The notes under the pieces were generated by a model. That model searched no databases. It was not told the origin of the DNA and saw only the letters and a list, made by a program, of their open reading frames with translations. Source: Psammoneis japonica (lineage: Eukaryota). Taken from it: 64,000 bases of DNA. Location: the NCBI GenBank assembly GCA_008632985.1, contig QPGO01000155.1, forward strand, positions 124,001-188,000, read 5' to 3'. The translations under genes were made by a program, and so were the position numbers. Each line of letters begins with the position of its first letter. Position 1 is the first letter of the stretch. Positions 1-14,504 of the stretch are shown in pieces.

Positions 1-470
1 GGTTGTTTGAGCAGGAACCACATGAGGGCCAGCCTCTGCTTTCTTTTTGAACGCACGCTGAACGCCTGTAGACGTCGTGGACTAAGACGGTGTGCTTGAT
101 AACCCCGAAGGGCAGCCTTTTTCGTGAAGGTTGTAAGGTGGTTCAGACCGCTTGAGTTGCTCATTGAGCATCTCATATCTGTGCCCCCGTAGGTTTAATA
201 CTCCTATGGGTCGCCGGCCCGTTATATCAGCTATATTCTCCACGTCCCACAGCGTTTGAAGATCTGTTTTGTTGCGTTTGCGATTGTGACCGTCTCGCTG
301 AGTTATACTTTATAACTCACACTCTTTTTTCAGATTTTGATTTCTATTTGGACAGACGATATGAATGGAGATATGCAAGAAGGAGGAGCTATATATTATT
401 TACAGTCGCTTCTACGGTTGCTAGTGATGTTGTCAGGACAGTGGCATTCGAATGGCCCCCATATAGGTTT

Positions 471-845
471 GTGGTCATCCCGCCGCTTGGAGGAAGACAA
501 GGCGCTGAGTCGGATCGACAATGCGGTTTTCCTCGCGCTCCAACTATCGTTCATTCAAGGCACTCGGCTTTGAGGCATGATACCGAACGCGCATCTACCT
601 CCAGACGACGATCTTCCGTAACCGGCGCGTCTCTGCCCTTTGGCTGCTGTTTCCCTTGACGTGTTCCTGGAGAGATATCTCCCTCTGATTTACGTGGTCA
701 TCCCATGTCGTTTGGAGGAAGACAAGTCATTGAGTCGGATCGACAAGGGTCATCAAATCCAAGCAGTAGACGATGATCTTACGCAACCAGCGTGTCTCTG
801 CCCTTCGTGGCTGTTTCACTTGACGTGTTCCCAGAGATCTCTCTT
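471..845. repeat. Local imperfect direct repeats (471-520 ~ 694-746; 604-680 ~ 770-845)
   Basis: gtggtcatcc..ttggaggaagacaag..tgagtcggatcgacaa occurs twice; gacga(c/t)gatctt..gtctctgccctt..ttgacgtgttcc occurs twice. Confidence 0.7.
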
Positions 846-2189
846 TCTCGCAGCACTCCTGCAAACGAGGTGACTCTCTGAGCCTTGGAAGCTGTTCTAG
901 TTAAGACATTGCCGCGATTGAAATGCAAATACCACCCGTTTGCTCCTTCGCGATATCGGTTCTGCGTTGCACGTAGTCGACCTGAGTGCGCTCTCCAAGA
1001 CACGGCCTTCGCTTTATTCAGTTTCGAAGCGCTTACTTTCGCAGCCATATCACTATCATAGCTCACGACCGTGTGTGTCCTTCAAGTGATGGGGCAACCA
1101 AGATTCACAAGGTCGAGAACCTCTTTCAACATGAATGTAAGGGAGGACACCGAGTGAAGCTTGCCTATACTTTCCGCACCTGTAGCGAGTTTGGTTTGCA
1201 TTTGTACATAAATGCTCGAGTATGCCACGAGAGCCTACATCAGTCCTCAGGGTCCAAGACAACACCAAGGCGTGACAGTCGTTGCAACTACATATGCAAT
1301 ACATGGCCACAATTCTGTGCTTTGCTTTGGCCGCCAATCTTCATTCGTACGCTCAAAGCAAAATGCATCAGCAATGGCATCAGCTAGAGAGCCTACCAGA
1401 AAGCGGATTCCAATAACAGTAGATGCAAAGCTGCAGTCTTGCTCCGCCCTCAAGAACAAGCGTCGTGCTAAAGCCGTACTTATGCATCAGTCCCAACATG
1501 AAACACGAGCCAATCAGAAAATCGAAAACGGGACCAAAGATTCAGAGATAAATTATGTTCCAAGCCAAGCAATAGCTGTACATAGTTTCAAGTCCATACA
1601 CGAACCATATTGGACGCACTTCACAAGTTTCTGAGTCAAGTGGGACAGCCCTGGTACCGTTGCCATGATTGCTGAGTCGACCTTGCTGTAATCAGATCAA
1701 TAGAATACAATGGCCAAGTACTTTCGCGTCGCAAATGTATAACTACTTCTAGCAATCCACTCAGCCCCCCACCCCCCTCTCCTCCTTTCGGTAGAACTCA
1801 GCAATATGTCTGTTTCACTATCTTGATCCAGCAAGTACGGCTTTGTACTTTGTAGTCACTTCGCGATGATAGCCTCAGAGAGAAGAACGCTAACGCTTCA
1901 CCAACCTGTCGTCAAAAGTCTTAGTCTGTTCCCAAACTTGATCGACCCGCTTCTTCCACCTTCTGCTTAAACGCGCGCACGTGGCATTCTGTTATTCCTT
2001 ACTAACATTTGGAGAACGAGATGGTCACTGTACACGTTCGGCGACTATGTGCATTAACCGAAAAACGGGAAAAATTAGACAAGCATCGTACACAACATTT
2101 TATCTTTTCCAGGACTGATAACACTCGATACTCACCGTATTGTAACTTTCGAACTTCTCTTGATAGAGCGATAGAGCACGATCTCATTA

Positions 2190-2410
2190 CCGAAATGAGT
2201 TGAAAACTAGCCGTGTTTGTACTGTCCTTGTTTTTCTTATCGTTTTCAGCATTTTTCGCAGTGGCGAAAGTAGATTTAGCGTCGGCTTCATCCACACTAC
2301 GGTCCGCTTGTGCAGATTATGTCCTCCGGTATCAGTCAAGCCTTGTACATTTTCCTGTCTTCATCTCAGTGCTATTGTTGGGAAGAGTCCCACTTGCTTT
2401 AATCGTAGAG
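2190..2410 (-). pseudogene. Rearranged partial duplicate of the low-complexity gene at 3930-5819
   Basis: 2190-2300 aligns by eye with 4898-4997 (KNAENDKKNKDS..FQLIS vs KNADNDKNNKDS..FQLIS); 2313-2410 aligns with 4261-4360. Confidence 0.6.
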
Positions 2411-3929
2411 CCGTGTTTCTTGTGGAAAAAGCAAATAAATAGACCCATCAAAATAGACGCACCAGTTGCTTCTATTGTTGTTTCAATTCGTTCAACAACG
2501 CCAAGTCGAAACTCACACCTAACTCCCACTTAGGAAGTTCATTTGCATGCTTCCGTTGATTTTTCTTCCCTTTCATTCGCCGTATTTCTCTTCTGTTGCG
2601 CCCACCATTGTACTTCTTCTCTCCCTTCCTTCCTTATACGAATCGGACCAAACAGAGCTGTCAGTGAATTTCCTCTCCGGTTCCCGCCTTTGGGGCCTTT
2701 ATCCGACGACCCGTTATTCTGGCGGTTCCGGGCCACTGCGAGCTTCTTCCGGCTAATGCCACATCCATCCATAATGCGTTTAGCTTCGTCGTTTTCATCC
2801 ATACTGTCCTTGCAGTTTCGTTTCCTCTTTTGTTTGGCCGTGTCTTTCTTGGCAACACAGACCTTGCGTATGGAACGAACTGGATTCGCTGGCTTCGGCT
2901 TTTACCATTCGGTAGCTTTCCGAGCTCATAACTGCCGGTCACGTTGCAAAAGAGACGCATCAATAATGCAACCGAGCGAGGACTCGTCGCGACTATTTCG
3001 TCGCACCCGGACAACAGTCGTTCCCAGCAAATACTGAATAGACGCGTACAACGATCAATGTTGAAGACCGGTCTGAAATCTGCGAATCCGTCGCTGCTGC
3101 ACAGAGTAACATTGTTGGAGAGGCGAGTAGAGGCAGCTCTGTCTACAATGGAAATGCCACGGCTACCCTTGTGTCGAACGAAAAAGGTCAAGAGGACTTC
3201 AGACGGCCGGTCGGATCCACCGAGAGCCAGGTGTTGCTCGAGCTTTTGTTTCGTTTGAATCAAAATGAATGAATCGCTGTTAGGATGATGCAATCAAGGC
3301 GGAATTGATGCGTTGAATTAGTCATCATTCAGAGAACTTACGTGATGAGCGACAAGCACATAAAGTTTGCAGCTACCCAGCCCACCAGAGAAGGGTTTGT
3401 CGAGATTCTGCTGAAATAGCAATATCTTTAGAAGTAGAAATACAGCGGAAAAGCTGTCATACTGCGCAAAGCAATACGATCCGAAACAAACCGGTTGGTA
3501 CAAAGATTATCAAAGCTTGTCTTCGAGATCATCGAATCGTCCTTCGCTAAGCTGTATCTTTTGTAGTTTTGAGCCTGCGTGGAAGCGTGCTGGCTTGCAT
3601 CTGTGCCACTATGGCAATAATGGGAACACGAGCGAACTTGAGCATCTCGGCATTTTCTGTCAAGCTGCTTTTTTGCATCTTGCGTCCGAGCGACTTGAGA
3701 GCACTCACCACGATTTTTCGTGCTTCGCCCGTTGGTCCAATGACCGGTTATTGTTGCTGGTGTTGTGGTGCGCCATGCGACACAAACGACACTGTCACGT
3801 CGGAGGTATGACCTAAACCGTCGGTTTCGTCATTTTCGTCGTCATAAGAAGACGCAACATCACTCATTGCACCTTGCTCTTGCATTTGTTGCAAGACGAG
3901 CCGCTTTCCAACGCGCGCAGCCTTCCTCA

Positions 3930-5819
3930 TCATGTTCGGAATGCAAATCTGACAAGGTTCTTTTGCGTGACCGACATCTTTTCGGCACTATCTGTGTTAC
4001 TACTCCCACTACAACAATTGTCTTCGTAATCGGAATAGTCGCCGTCAGAACATAGACCCAAAGCAGTTTGAGAAGACGAACCGTTCTCACTGGTTGGTGG
4101 CTCTGCAGTGATTATATATGACTTTGACGCGCTTTCCGTAAATTGTTCTGGCTTTGTTGAATCGTCGCTGTCTGTTTTTGCAGTCGCACGCGGGCTCTCA
4201 TCCGTTTCCGCGGTAGCGGGCGAGGATTCAAGACTTGGTGATTTGACGGTCTGCTTGTGAAGATTATGTCCTCCGGTATCAGTCTCGCCTTGTACATTTT
4301 CCTTTTCTCCATTCAAAGTGCTGCTGTAGGGCAGAGTCCCGCTTGTGTCATTCGTAGAGGCTAGTTCATCTCGGTCTGACTTGTTTGCATTACCAATATC
4401 GGCAACGGTGCTTGTTCCAGCGTCTTGCTCCACTGAAGTATCAACAGCATCAACCTTACCAGGGACAGTTCTCCATTCTCCAGCCAAAGTAATACTGCTG
4501 GACAGTGAAACCTGATTCAGCAGCCCTTGGCACGGCCAAAGTATCTCCAAGATTATCCGACTCGTTGATGGGACCTTCCATCTATTGTCCAGCCAAGCCA
4601 ATGACACCGGGAAAATTTCCGCATGACTCACTCGTTATCAGGAGGCAAAGATTCGGAATCTGATTTTGCTGCCATGCTCTCCTTACTGAATTCAGCGACC
4701 AGTTGGAGCACCGAGGTGAATCCAGCATTCTCCGACTCGATGGTAGCTTGCAAACTTTCTCCATTTGTACTTTGAAGAGTCTGTTGTCCATTTGCTTGGA
4801 CGTGTGCATCAACAGTTTGTTCACGAGTCAATTTTATACTTTATCGTCAACCGGATCGTCAACAACAATGTCCCTTTCTTCCGACACACTCACTATGGAA
4901 ATGAGTTGAAATCCAGCCGTGGTTTTACTGTCCTTGTTGTTCTTATCGTTGTCAGCATTTTTCGCAGTGGCATGTAGCATCGACTTCATCCACACTGTGG
5001 CTAGTATTGCACTCAACAACACCATCCGTAGTGGCAGTAGCATCTGACGACGACGACGATTCGGACTTGCTTTCTTCTGTCACAATAGCAGCATTGTGTT
5101 CTTCGTGCTTGTGCACTGCAGATATAGCTGGTGGGTACGACGGTTTCCATGACAACATGCTCCTTATCACTGCTCCCGCTATTGCTCGTACGCATACGTA
5201 TTGGAGATGTCTCATTGTTGTTTTATTCCTCCTGAATACGTAAACACTCGTGCTCGACTGGCACAACACACCCGACAAGGCCGAATCAACATCGCTGGCA
5301 AAACAACAGACAGGAGGTGTCGCATGTGATCCAAAGACTTCTACTCGAATCTGTTGTTGTTGTTGGCTGGTACTTTTCTGCATTTGATCTTCTTGCGGTG
5401 TGCGTCGAACATACGAAGCAAACGACAAGAGCTCTTGATCGAATCGTGAAGAGCATCTTGTGATACGTGACTTGTCGGGAGTTTTGATTTTGATTTCTTT
5501 TCATGCGGAGATTGATCGGAAACAGCGGCAGCAGCATAAGTGCTTTCACCACTCACTGACTGAGAAATGTTCTTGCTGTAGCACGGCATGTCTCTCCAAG
5601 ACGCCTTCTTGTCCATACGTGGCAGTTGTCAATGAAAGACTGGTTTCTTGTTTTATTAACTCTTTTTCTTTTTTTCAATCGTTTCTTTGCCGCAATAAAC
5701 TCGGCTTTTTTCTTTTTCAAAAGTGAAACAGCGCTTTTCTTGTGGGCAGCCTTGCGTTCGGCGATACCGTTGTTGCGGTCGGTTTCCTTTTGCTTTTTTG
5801 ACGTCTTTTTTCGAGCCAT
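3930..5819 (-). CDS. Hypothetical low-complexity protein (basic N-terminus, Ser/Thr/acidic body), broken into several frames
   Basis: Chain of minus-strand ORFs from MARKKTSKKQKE (5819) through 4952-5428, 4834-5043, 4628-4831 and 3930-4631; no recognisable domain. Confidence 0.4.
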
Positions 5820-6230
5820 GGTAGAGTAGTGGTTGTTGTATGTGTATGCGTATGGACTGCGGTTGTTGTCTTGTACCGGAATGGGTAACAGCAGCAGCAG
5901 CAACAACAACAACAACCAACACTGAACTGTTTCTGTCGATGTGCGCCTTCGCTCTTGGCGTTGGGCGGAATGTTCAAACAGCGTACCCTTTGGTACAAAT
6001 GCTACGTAGAGAGTGGCTACGTACGTATTTTCTACGAGCGAATCTTAGCGGCGTATAATTCTACGCACGTTTATACCAAGACGGCATCTTGCACTCGCTT
6101 CACGACAAAACAGAGCACGAAATCACAATCGTGACAGCAACAACAGCGGCAGTAGTCATTCCTTCCACATTGTTTCATTCATTCGTATTCATCGTTGAGC
6201 CAACCACCACCTTCATTGTAAGAATTCATC

Positions 6231-8269
6231 ATGAGGCGCGCAATGGGACGAAAGAGTAACAAACCAAAGGTACGATCCACCGGAGCAAACAGAACATTCA
6301 CACTGCGGCATGTTGACTTCGGCATGAAACGTGCACCGGTGTTCAAGATTCCGTATTCCTTGATTCTTTTTTGATCAATCTTCGGGACTGGTTAAAATAG
6401 GAATGTTCATGGCCGACTGCGAAACCCAAAATCGAGAAAAGAAATTGAAAATTGCATCCAACTAGTTGAATGATGAACTGTGGCTGTGCTATCGTTATTT
6501 CTGGATAGAGATCCTCTTGATATCCCGTATCGCCATGTATCGATATGATTGCTTCTCCTATCGATACGTTCTATCGCGAGAGACGAGAGAAATACGGACA
6601 CAATCAGAACGAATGAGAGGCAGATGTGTTTCTCGCCAGCAACATAACCAGCAAGAATACTATCGTTGTTTTGGAAATTTACTTGACGAGAGAACCGCAC
6701 TCACACCTCATTCGTGTGTCTCTTTTGACAGAATGACGACGACGGAAAAAGGGAGTCCGCAAGGCTCCCGCGGCGGTCTCGTCCATGTCCATCCCGGCGA
6801 GTCAGGCCGCGGCCTTGGCGGAGAAACACCGGCAGCAGCAGGCTCAGCAAATGCAAGCGCAGCAGCACCATCATGGAGGAGTCAAGCAAGAGACGGAGCA
6901 ACCGTCAATTGCTGTGGAACGACCAACCGTGTCGACTCCCTCTGGAGTGGAGCAAGTGCACATGGTTCCCCGGGGATCTCCTCCTTCGGCTCTCAAGGAG
7001 TTGCCTCCACTCCGCGATGCGTCTCCTGCCAAAAAGGAAGAATTGTTTATTCAGAAATTGCAACTCTGCGGAGTTATTTTCTCATTTGACGATCCCACCT
7101 CGGACAAGCGTGGTAAGGATATGAAGCGACAGACGCTACTAGAGTTGGTGGACTATGTCAATACTCCTGCCGGACAAAAGATTTTTACCGAGAGTGTCAT
7201 GGGCGACCTGATGGCTATGGTGTCGGCCAATGTCTGCCGCGCCCTACCACCCGCCACGGACGATTTTGATCCCGAAGAAGATGAACCCGTCTTGGAACCA
7301 GCCTGGCCCCACTTGCAAGTGGCGTATGAATTCTTTCTTCGCTTTATTGTCAGCTCGGAGGTCAATGCCAAGGCTGCCAAAAAGTATGTCGATCAAAAAT
7401 TTTGTCTACAACTGGTGGAACTCTTTGATAGTGAGGATCCGAGGGAACGGGATTACCTCAAGACCATTTTACACCGCATCTATGGAAAGTTCATGTCGCA
7501 CCGTTCCTTTATTCGTCGCGCCATTTCCAATGTCTTTTATCGGTTTGTATACGAAACGGAAAGGCACAATGGTATCGGAGAGTTGCTCGAGATTTTGGGA
7601 TCCATTATCAATGGATTTGCCATTCCGCTCAAGAAGGAGCACTTGCACTTTTTGGCTCGTGCGTTGATTCCTCTCCACAAACCAAAGTGTGTCTCGTTGT
7701 ACCACCAGCAGTTGTCCTATTGCATTATTCAGTACGTGGAAAAGGACGCCGACACGGCCATTCCCATTCTCGAGGGATTCTTCAAGTGCTGGCCATGGAG
7801 TTGCAGCGGCAAGCAAGTCATGTTTCTCAATGAACTCGAGGAGATTCTTGAACTGCTTGGAGCGGACCAGTTGGCTCAAGTCAGCACGACGCTCTTTACC
7901 AATTTAGCTCGCTGCCTCGATTCGGATCACTTTCAGGTGGTAGAGCGTGCCTTGTTTTTGTGGAACAATGAGCATCTTGTCAATAGCGGCTGTCTATCGA
8001 GCCTTAATGCCAAGACGGTCTTGCCCATTATCTATGGGCCGCTGTACAAGAATTCGTCGGGACACTGGAATGCAACGGTGGAGGGGTTGGCTCAGAATGT
8101 GCTGAAAATGTACATGGAGTACGACTTGGTCCTTTACGACCAGTGCACGGCGGCATACTTCAAGGAAGAAGAGGAGGCCAAGAAGAAGCTAGAGGCCATT
8201 AGTAACCGATGGGCGGCGATTGAAAAGGAGGCCGAGGCCAATATGCATGCCGTCACGGCATCATCGTAG
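6231..8269 (+). CDS. PPP2R5: Protein phosphatase 2A regulatory subunit B' (B56 family)
   Basis: ORF 6785-8269 has EEDEPVLEPAWPHLQ, LFDSEDPRERDYLKTILHRIYGKF, HNGIGELLEILGSIINGFA, HFQVVERAL. Probable exon 1 at 6231-6269 with GT-AG intron 6270-6731; joining needs one extra A in the A-run near 6746. Confidence 0.95.
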
Positions 8270-8655
8270 ATATACAAACGCACGGGAGCTGTAGTATAGT
8301 TCTAGTTAGGATGAAAACAAGATATATAGTTTGAATCATACATTGGCTTTGCGTGTTTTCAGTCGCTAGCAAGGCATAGCCTACGGTAATACTCTCTATA
8401 GAGGGAGTTGCGAATCGAGGCGTCGCGTCGGAAGACAAGCAAATGGCGACGTTCTTTGGAAAGGTTATCATGCTCTGCTCTGTTGTTTCACGCTACGCTG
8501 CCTCTCGATGTTTCGCTTACCTCTTAACTGTCGCAGTTCCCAGCGAAAGATTAGAAATACCAGGTACGATAAAACACATAAAATGAATTCGAAAACCGTG
8601 GTTATTTCTGTTTCAACTCTCACTAAAGGGCCGAAATAGTTTTGCTCTGGATCAA

Positions 8656-9129
8656 TTAGGAACAAATTTCGACATCAAAATCGACTGACACCATACGAGT
8701 GTCATCGTTGAAGATGTGCTGCTCAAACTCAGTGCAATCCCATTCAAACCCCCAAAAGTAGGAGCAATGCTTGACGTAAACGCAAGTTGCAGAGCTCGCC
8801 CTGTAAGACTGGTCCACCAAGTCCTCATCGCCATCTTGCAAGTCAATGACAGTAGCGCGAAGATCAGGAGAAAAATAAGCGACACCCACACGTCGACGTT
8901 TGCCACAGTTGTTCTTGATCTTGATGATGAGCGGGGCGATTTCGGAGACTTCGATGGGAATGCATTTGCATCCGTCGAATAGATCCTCAACTGTTTCAGG
9001 CAAATCGCAGGTGTAAGAACTGCCTGCGGTGGTCTTCTTTAAGAATTGCTCCACTTCATCGGCTGAAATGGCAACCAAGCTGCCGCAGAGGCCCAAGGCA
9101 AAAAGAAACATGGTAGAGAAGAGTTTCAT
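8656..9129 (-). CDS. Small secreted Cys-containing hypothetical protein
   Basis: Signal-peptide-like MKLFSTMFLFALGLCGSLVAISA followed by ~135 aa with several Cys. Confidence 0.6.
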   Translation of the reverse strand: MKLFSTMFLFALGLCGSLVAISADEVEQFLKKTTAGSSYTCDLPETVEDLFDGCKCIPIEVSEIAPLIIKIKNNCGKRRRVGVAYFSPDLRATVIDLQDGDEDLVDQSYRASSATCVYVKHCSYFWGFEWDCTEFEQHIFNDDTRMVSVDFDVEICS

Positions 9130-9621
9130 GGTGTGCAGTATCGGTATTCTCAAACGCTGTAGAATAACGTTAGATCAAGATTGTGAGAATAGCAAAGGCA
9201 CATCATTCTGTCAGTTTCTCGCTTCTCCAGGAGTCGTTCATGACTCGTGCGTCGGGTGGTGCGGAGAAATCCGATGACTTTCTGTTGATCAAGTGCCGGT
9301 CATATTCTCGTTTTGCGGCGACTGTCAATACAGACTGTACAGTGTGCATAAAGTTTGAGTCATTCGCGCTTCATGCTGTGCTTCTTTCGCTTGTCGCACG
9401 TACTGTACTTCTTATGGGCTCGGGTTCAAAATTTTCAATTCGATCGATCGGTTCGAGGCGCGGTGTTTTCACTGTGTGTGGAATGCGGCACAAGGGAGAA
9501 GACAAGAGCTTTTAGTTCGCTTGTAAAGGCAACGAATGAATGAGCTCTATCTAGGCATGACCCACAAAACAGTAGCACAAGTTTCTTCACGTACAGCACA
9601 AGCCACTACAACGTCTTCTGA

Positions 9622-11878
9622 CTACCGTCGACGTCGTCGAGGAGGTGGTGGCATGGCCACCATTCCGTGAATTGGTGGAAGACCAACTGGTGGCACGGGG
9701 AATCGGTGCGGTGGTCCAATCGTAGCATCAGCCCTGCGACTTCCAGAATTCGCACCAGTAGGGTTCTCGAGAATACTATCCACATTGATTTGAATACCAT
9801 TGTCTTCGACTTGATCTCGTGATATAGAATGGCCCAACGACCCCGTTTCTGGCATTAAACTTTGTTTCCGAACCTCTTCTGCCGCCTTTACACCCGCCTC
9901 GCGCATAGCTAACGCGTCATCTTCTTCTGCGTTAGAATACAACTTGCATTTCTTACACTTCTTGTGATTGCAGTGAGGCTGTTGGCAGAAGTGTGCGTAG
10001 CCCACATTTCGTGGGATTTCCTGTCGGCAAATGTAGCAAATTAGAGTTCGGCAAGAACATGTCATTTTGTTGCATCCGTCCGACTTGACAAACTTTTTGC
10101 CGCAACCCGGCTTGGGACACGTGCGAATCTTGGCCGCAGAAATCGCCTCCTCCACCTTGAGTCGACCCTTGGTTTCATTCTTTTTCTCTACTTCGTCACA
10201 CCGCAAAGGTATATGAGGCTCTTCGCCACACTTTCGGCAGGACTCATACAAGCAGTCTTGCACGGGGCACGCGAAAATCATTTGGGTGGAAGGTAGCACC
10301 GCCTGATAGCCGCACTTGGGACACGTGCTACACGACAAAAGACAAGTAGACATACACGTGAGACACCATGCGTACCAAACAATTACCATACAGAACAACA
10401 ATGACGTACCATAAGTCTTCAATTCCCGCCTTGTCTACTGCAGCTTGAAAACATAGCTCGTCGTACTTGGTCAGTACTTTTTCTGGTAGCGCCTTTCTCA
10501 AAAACTGTTGATCAAATCCCGACGTGCATCCCTCGCCATACATGCACTTGAGTTCCAACGCCGGACTGTTGGTACTCTTATCCATCCCCAAATTCCCTTG
10601 TCCAAAGACTTGTTCTTCCGCAAAGCGCCTGATACAGTCTACACAGAACAAATGCCCTTCTGTCTTACACGATATCATTTCTTCCATTGCCACGTCTGCA
10701 AAGCAGCATTGGCACTCCATGGTGGATCCCGTCATTTCTGAAATCTTGCGCGCTCGAGCTCGCTGAATCTTGGCACTTGCTTCTTCCATGTATGTGTGAT
10801 GCTTGTGTTTGACGTATGCAATCTCGTCCTTGAGAATAGGATCGGTTACTGGAGTCGATGCCTTGGCGGATTTGCGCGGTCGTTTCAAAACACCGGTAAC
10901 ACCTTGTAGCTTTTTGACTCGCGCCGTTTGACGAAACGATAGACCCTGACCAGCAAGAGCCCCAACAAGTGCATTATACTGCTTTTCTTCCTTTCCCTCA
11001 TTCTCTGCTGGCACTGCCGACTTGCCCATGACTGCGTTACATACATTGTTGTGAAAAATAGCGTAATGCTGCTGACATTCGCCTGCGAGATGACGCTTGA
11101 TGCATTCCTTGGACAAGAAGGGAAAATCCGCCATGAGTGTCATGATGGCTTGTTCAATGTAGTGTGACGTTGGCGTAAAAGACGACGGTGACATGTAGTC
11201 AGTCTGGCTTGTTCCGTTTAGCCGCTTGATCAGAGCATCGTGCGGATGATGAGCACCCGCACCACCGTCCTTTGATTTTGGATAAGACGGTCCCTCTGCC
11301 AATTGAAGCAAGACAGATTGAATCATTGCTTCATGCGTCAAAGTAGAAGGGTGGTTGTGAAATGCACGAGCTACTCCGGCTTGTTCCAAGAGAGTCTCGC
11401 AATGAGACATGTCAATATCAGGAAACACCTCAAGTACTCGCTGCTTTGGCGTCAACGATTCGGCAACAGCAGCGCTGGCTCTTGGCTTCAAATGTCCGTC
11501 ATTCCGGTTGCTATCTTCGTCACTTAATACCACGATATCGTCCGTAGAGTGGCTGTTCTGGGGTATTGCTTTTCGTTTTCGATTCGTGCTTTTAGGTGCC
11601 GATGAGGAAGTGTTGTTTCTACCATAAGTTTCATGCTCGTCAATTACAATTACGTCATGGTTGTTGAAGCCACTGATATCAGCGTTTTGATTCATCGGCA
11701 ACCTCGCTACTCCATCTACAGCAAGCCCATCTTGAGCACGATGTTGTGTATGAGTATTACGTCTCCGTTTTCGTGATACTGTGCCCTGTCGCTGTTGCTG
11801 CCGCTGCTGATTTGAACCATCTACACGTACTCCCTCATCAGAATCAGAGTCTACCAGATCTATGACTTCATTCGCCAT
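9622..11878 (-). CDS. RBR-type E3 ubiquitin ligase, RNF216/TRIAD3-like
   Basis: RING1 CQCCFAD..GHLFCVDC, IBR CPKC..CPVQDC..CRKC..HIPLRC, RING2 CPKPGC..KSDGCNKMTC..ICYICR; intron 10328-10409 (GT..AG) joins the two ORFs. Confidence 0.9.
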
Positions 11879-12191
11879 GGCTTATGCTGTATCGTACGGC
11901 CTCTTCTTGCTATGTCAAAGAGCTTTGTGCTTAAACTACGTCGTCATGGTAGTTGTGTATGTTGATGTGCGCAATGCTGTGTTTTTTGGGTGGAGCGAGG
12001 GAAGGAAATCTTGGGAGTTCGGAGCTCGTACAGTACAGGGGGGACAAGGTCCGTCCGTCTCAAGCCAATGTTAGGTCTACGGTACTGTAGTGCAGACGCA
12101 CACTCATTAGACCCTATTTGGTGAAGCAGAAGAATCATCGAGTACAGCATCATGTAACCTTATTGAACATCGAAATACCATGTCGGTTGAG

Positions 12192-13121
12192 ATGGAAAGC
12201 ATTCTCATTACGGGAGCAAACGCTGGCATTGGAAAGGAGTGTGCTCGTCAGTTGTCGCGTCTTCCACACACCCAGAGGATTGTCCTGGCGTGTCGCAACA
12301 AAGACAAGGCAGAAGCCGCACGTACGGAACTTATGCAGCATGATGCTTCTTCCACGGTCTCTTTTGAAATTCTCATTGTGGACTTGTCCGATATAAAGAG
12401 TGTCAAGAATGCAGTCCATGAGCTGTCAGCTCCAGTGGATGTTGTCGTTATGAACGCGGGTGGATTGGGAGGAGAGCATCCTGAAAAACTCACTGAGGAA
12501 GGCGTGACATCCATTTTTGGGTCGAATATTCTTGGCCATGTGGCTCTGTGTGATGGACTTGTTGCCGCAAAGAAGCTGAATCATACAGCAATCTTGGCTG
12601 GTTCTGAGACAGCCCGTGGACTTCCCTTTATGCATTATCCTGTTCCAAAGCTAGCGTCAGGATCGGTCGAGGAATTCAAGACAATATGTGACGGCTCCTT
12701 CTTTGGAGAAGAAAAAGATACAAAAGCTATGTACACGTATACCAAGTGTCTCGGCGCTCTGTGGATTGGATCTGCCGCTCGTCAGTATCCGCACATTCGA
12801 ATGGTCACCATTAGCCCCGGAGCGACTGCCGGAACCAGTGCAGCAGATCAAATGCCACCCTTGGTGCAATTCTTACGAAGATTCCTGCTATTCCCAGTAA
12901 TGGAGTTGCTTGGAAATGCGCACGGCCTCGAAACGGGTGCAAGTCGTTACGTTGACGCAATCTTGGACAAAGAGGATGCCTACCAGACGGGACATTTTTA
13001 TGCCAGCAACGGCCCAAACAAAGTGTCTGGTCCTGTAGTGGATCAAATCGCTTTCCTTGATGATTTTGGTAATGAAGAGTATCAAGATCATGCCAGTGCT
13101 GCAATTCATTCCTTTCTCTGA
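12192..13121 (+). CDS. Short-chain dehydrogenase/reductase
   Basis: ITGANAGIG Rossmann motif, LACRN, NAG, YTYTK (YxxxK). Confidence 0.9.
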   Translation: MESILITGANAGIGKECARQLSRLPHTQRIVLACRNKDKAEAARTELMQHDASSTVSFEILIVDLSDIKSVKNAVHELSAPVDVVVMNAGGLGGEHPEKLTEEGVTSIFGSNILGHVALCDGLVAAKKLNHTAILAGSETARGLPFMHYPVPKLASGSVEEFKTICDGSFFGEEKDTKAMYTYTKCLGALWIGSAARQYPHIRMVTISPGATAGTSAADQMPPLVQFLRRFLLFPVMELLGNAHGLETGASRYVDAILDKEDAYQTGHFYASNGPNKVSGPVVDQIAFLDDFGNEEYQDHASAAIHSFL

Positions 13122-14504
13122 CCCAGCATTCTCCTTTAGCAAAACGAAACTTGGTTGGTATGTCAATGACTAGAGGGCTTTGCATCTAATGGCACTGGTT
13201 TACCTATCGGAAATGGATTCATGTTGATGAATGCGCGATGCGGGGAGGGAGCCGAGTACGAAGTACTATCACATGCTCACGCTCAGTGGATTCAAAGGAT
13301 TTGATGGGGTCTTCAAGTGAGAATGTCGTTCATCTGAATGGTCTTTCGAGTGTAGGAATAGCTCTGAAAAGATGTGACAGAGTAGAAAGGGGAAGAAACT
13401 TTTTTATGCACTACGAGTTCGAATAGCGAGTATGAATATTGGAAGAGCATTAATGACAGCTTTGCCGCTTCTTTACCCCATGACCTTTCCTAGCGGCCAA
13501 GAAGGCGGAGTGTAGTGTTGCTACAGTTACCGCGTTACTGATTCTTCAGGTCAGAAAGAGGATAAAGGGAGCTTGGTTCACCGTCCGACAAGTAGACTTT
13601 GCGAAACCGTCCGATCCGTACTTGAAATCACCTAAGGCACTTGACACCAATACAAATACGCAAATCCGAATAGGTAGCTCCCATGGCGGAAGCCATTCAT
13701 GATGCTGTTCCGCACATTGGCAAGAGCATTGTTCAACAGGCTGCGGGATTTGGTACCGCAGACGAGAATTGACGTGGAAGTTCTCTACCTCATAGATCCA
13801 GTGGACGCGTGCGCATGTCGCAACAGGTACTCGACTCTGACAGCAAGAAGTTGCTTCTCGACCAGGACGAAGATCAGGACGTGGCGAAAGGAAAGGAAAA
13901 TGCATGCAGGTAAAATTCTATAAGCCGAGGACCAACTGACTCAAGCTAACTCGGTGAAGCCTGTGGGCGTGTCCAAGCGACTCAGAACTTCACCGGCTGT
14001 CAGCAGCAAGCAGCGATGGAGGACAAAGTGCAAATATGGAAAGGATTAGGAAAGCGCATGCCTACCAGTCTTGCGCTCAAATCGAGTTTCTGATGCGAGC
14101 CATGAAAATCTTCGAGATCGACATTCATCGCCCGATCGTTTTGAAGCTACTCGAAGGATGCCCAATTGGTGGGGAAGAAGAGGGGGCGAGCCGTTTGTAG
14201 CTTCTCGAGAATGCTGCTTGGATTCTGCATGACTGAATGCGAGGGCTTCCTCATCACTAAAACTGTTGTCGACATGATGCAAATAATTCGTCTCAACGGA
14301 TCATCTTTCTTTGGAGCTTGAAACCGAGATCTCTGAAGAGAATCCGTTGACAATTATCCCTCATTTTCGGGTGATTGAATTTTGGTTGGAAGCATTTTCA
14401 ACATGCGCATCTGTCAGAGCAGGACGTCGATGATGATGCCACTGATGTGGTTTGGGACGAAGACGAATCCAAAGAAGCAGATGTGTGGACAAGGAGGTCA
14501 GATG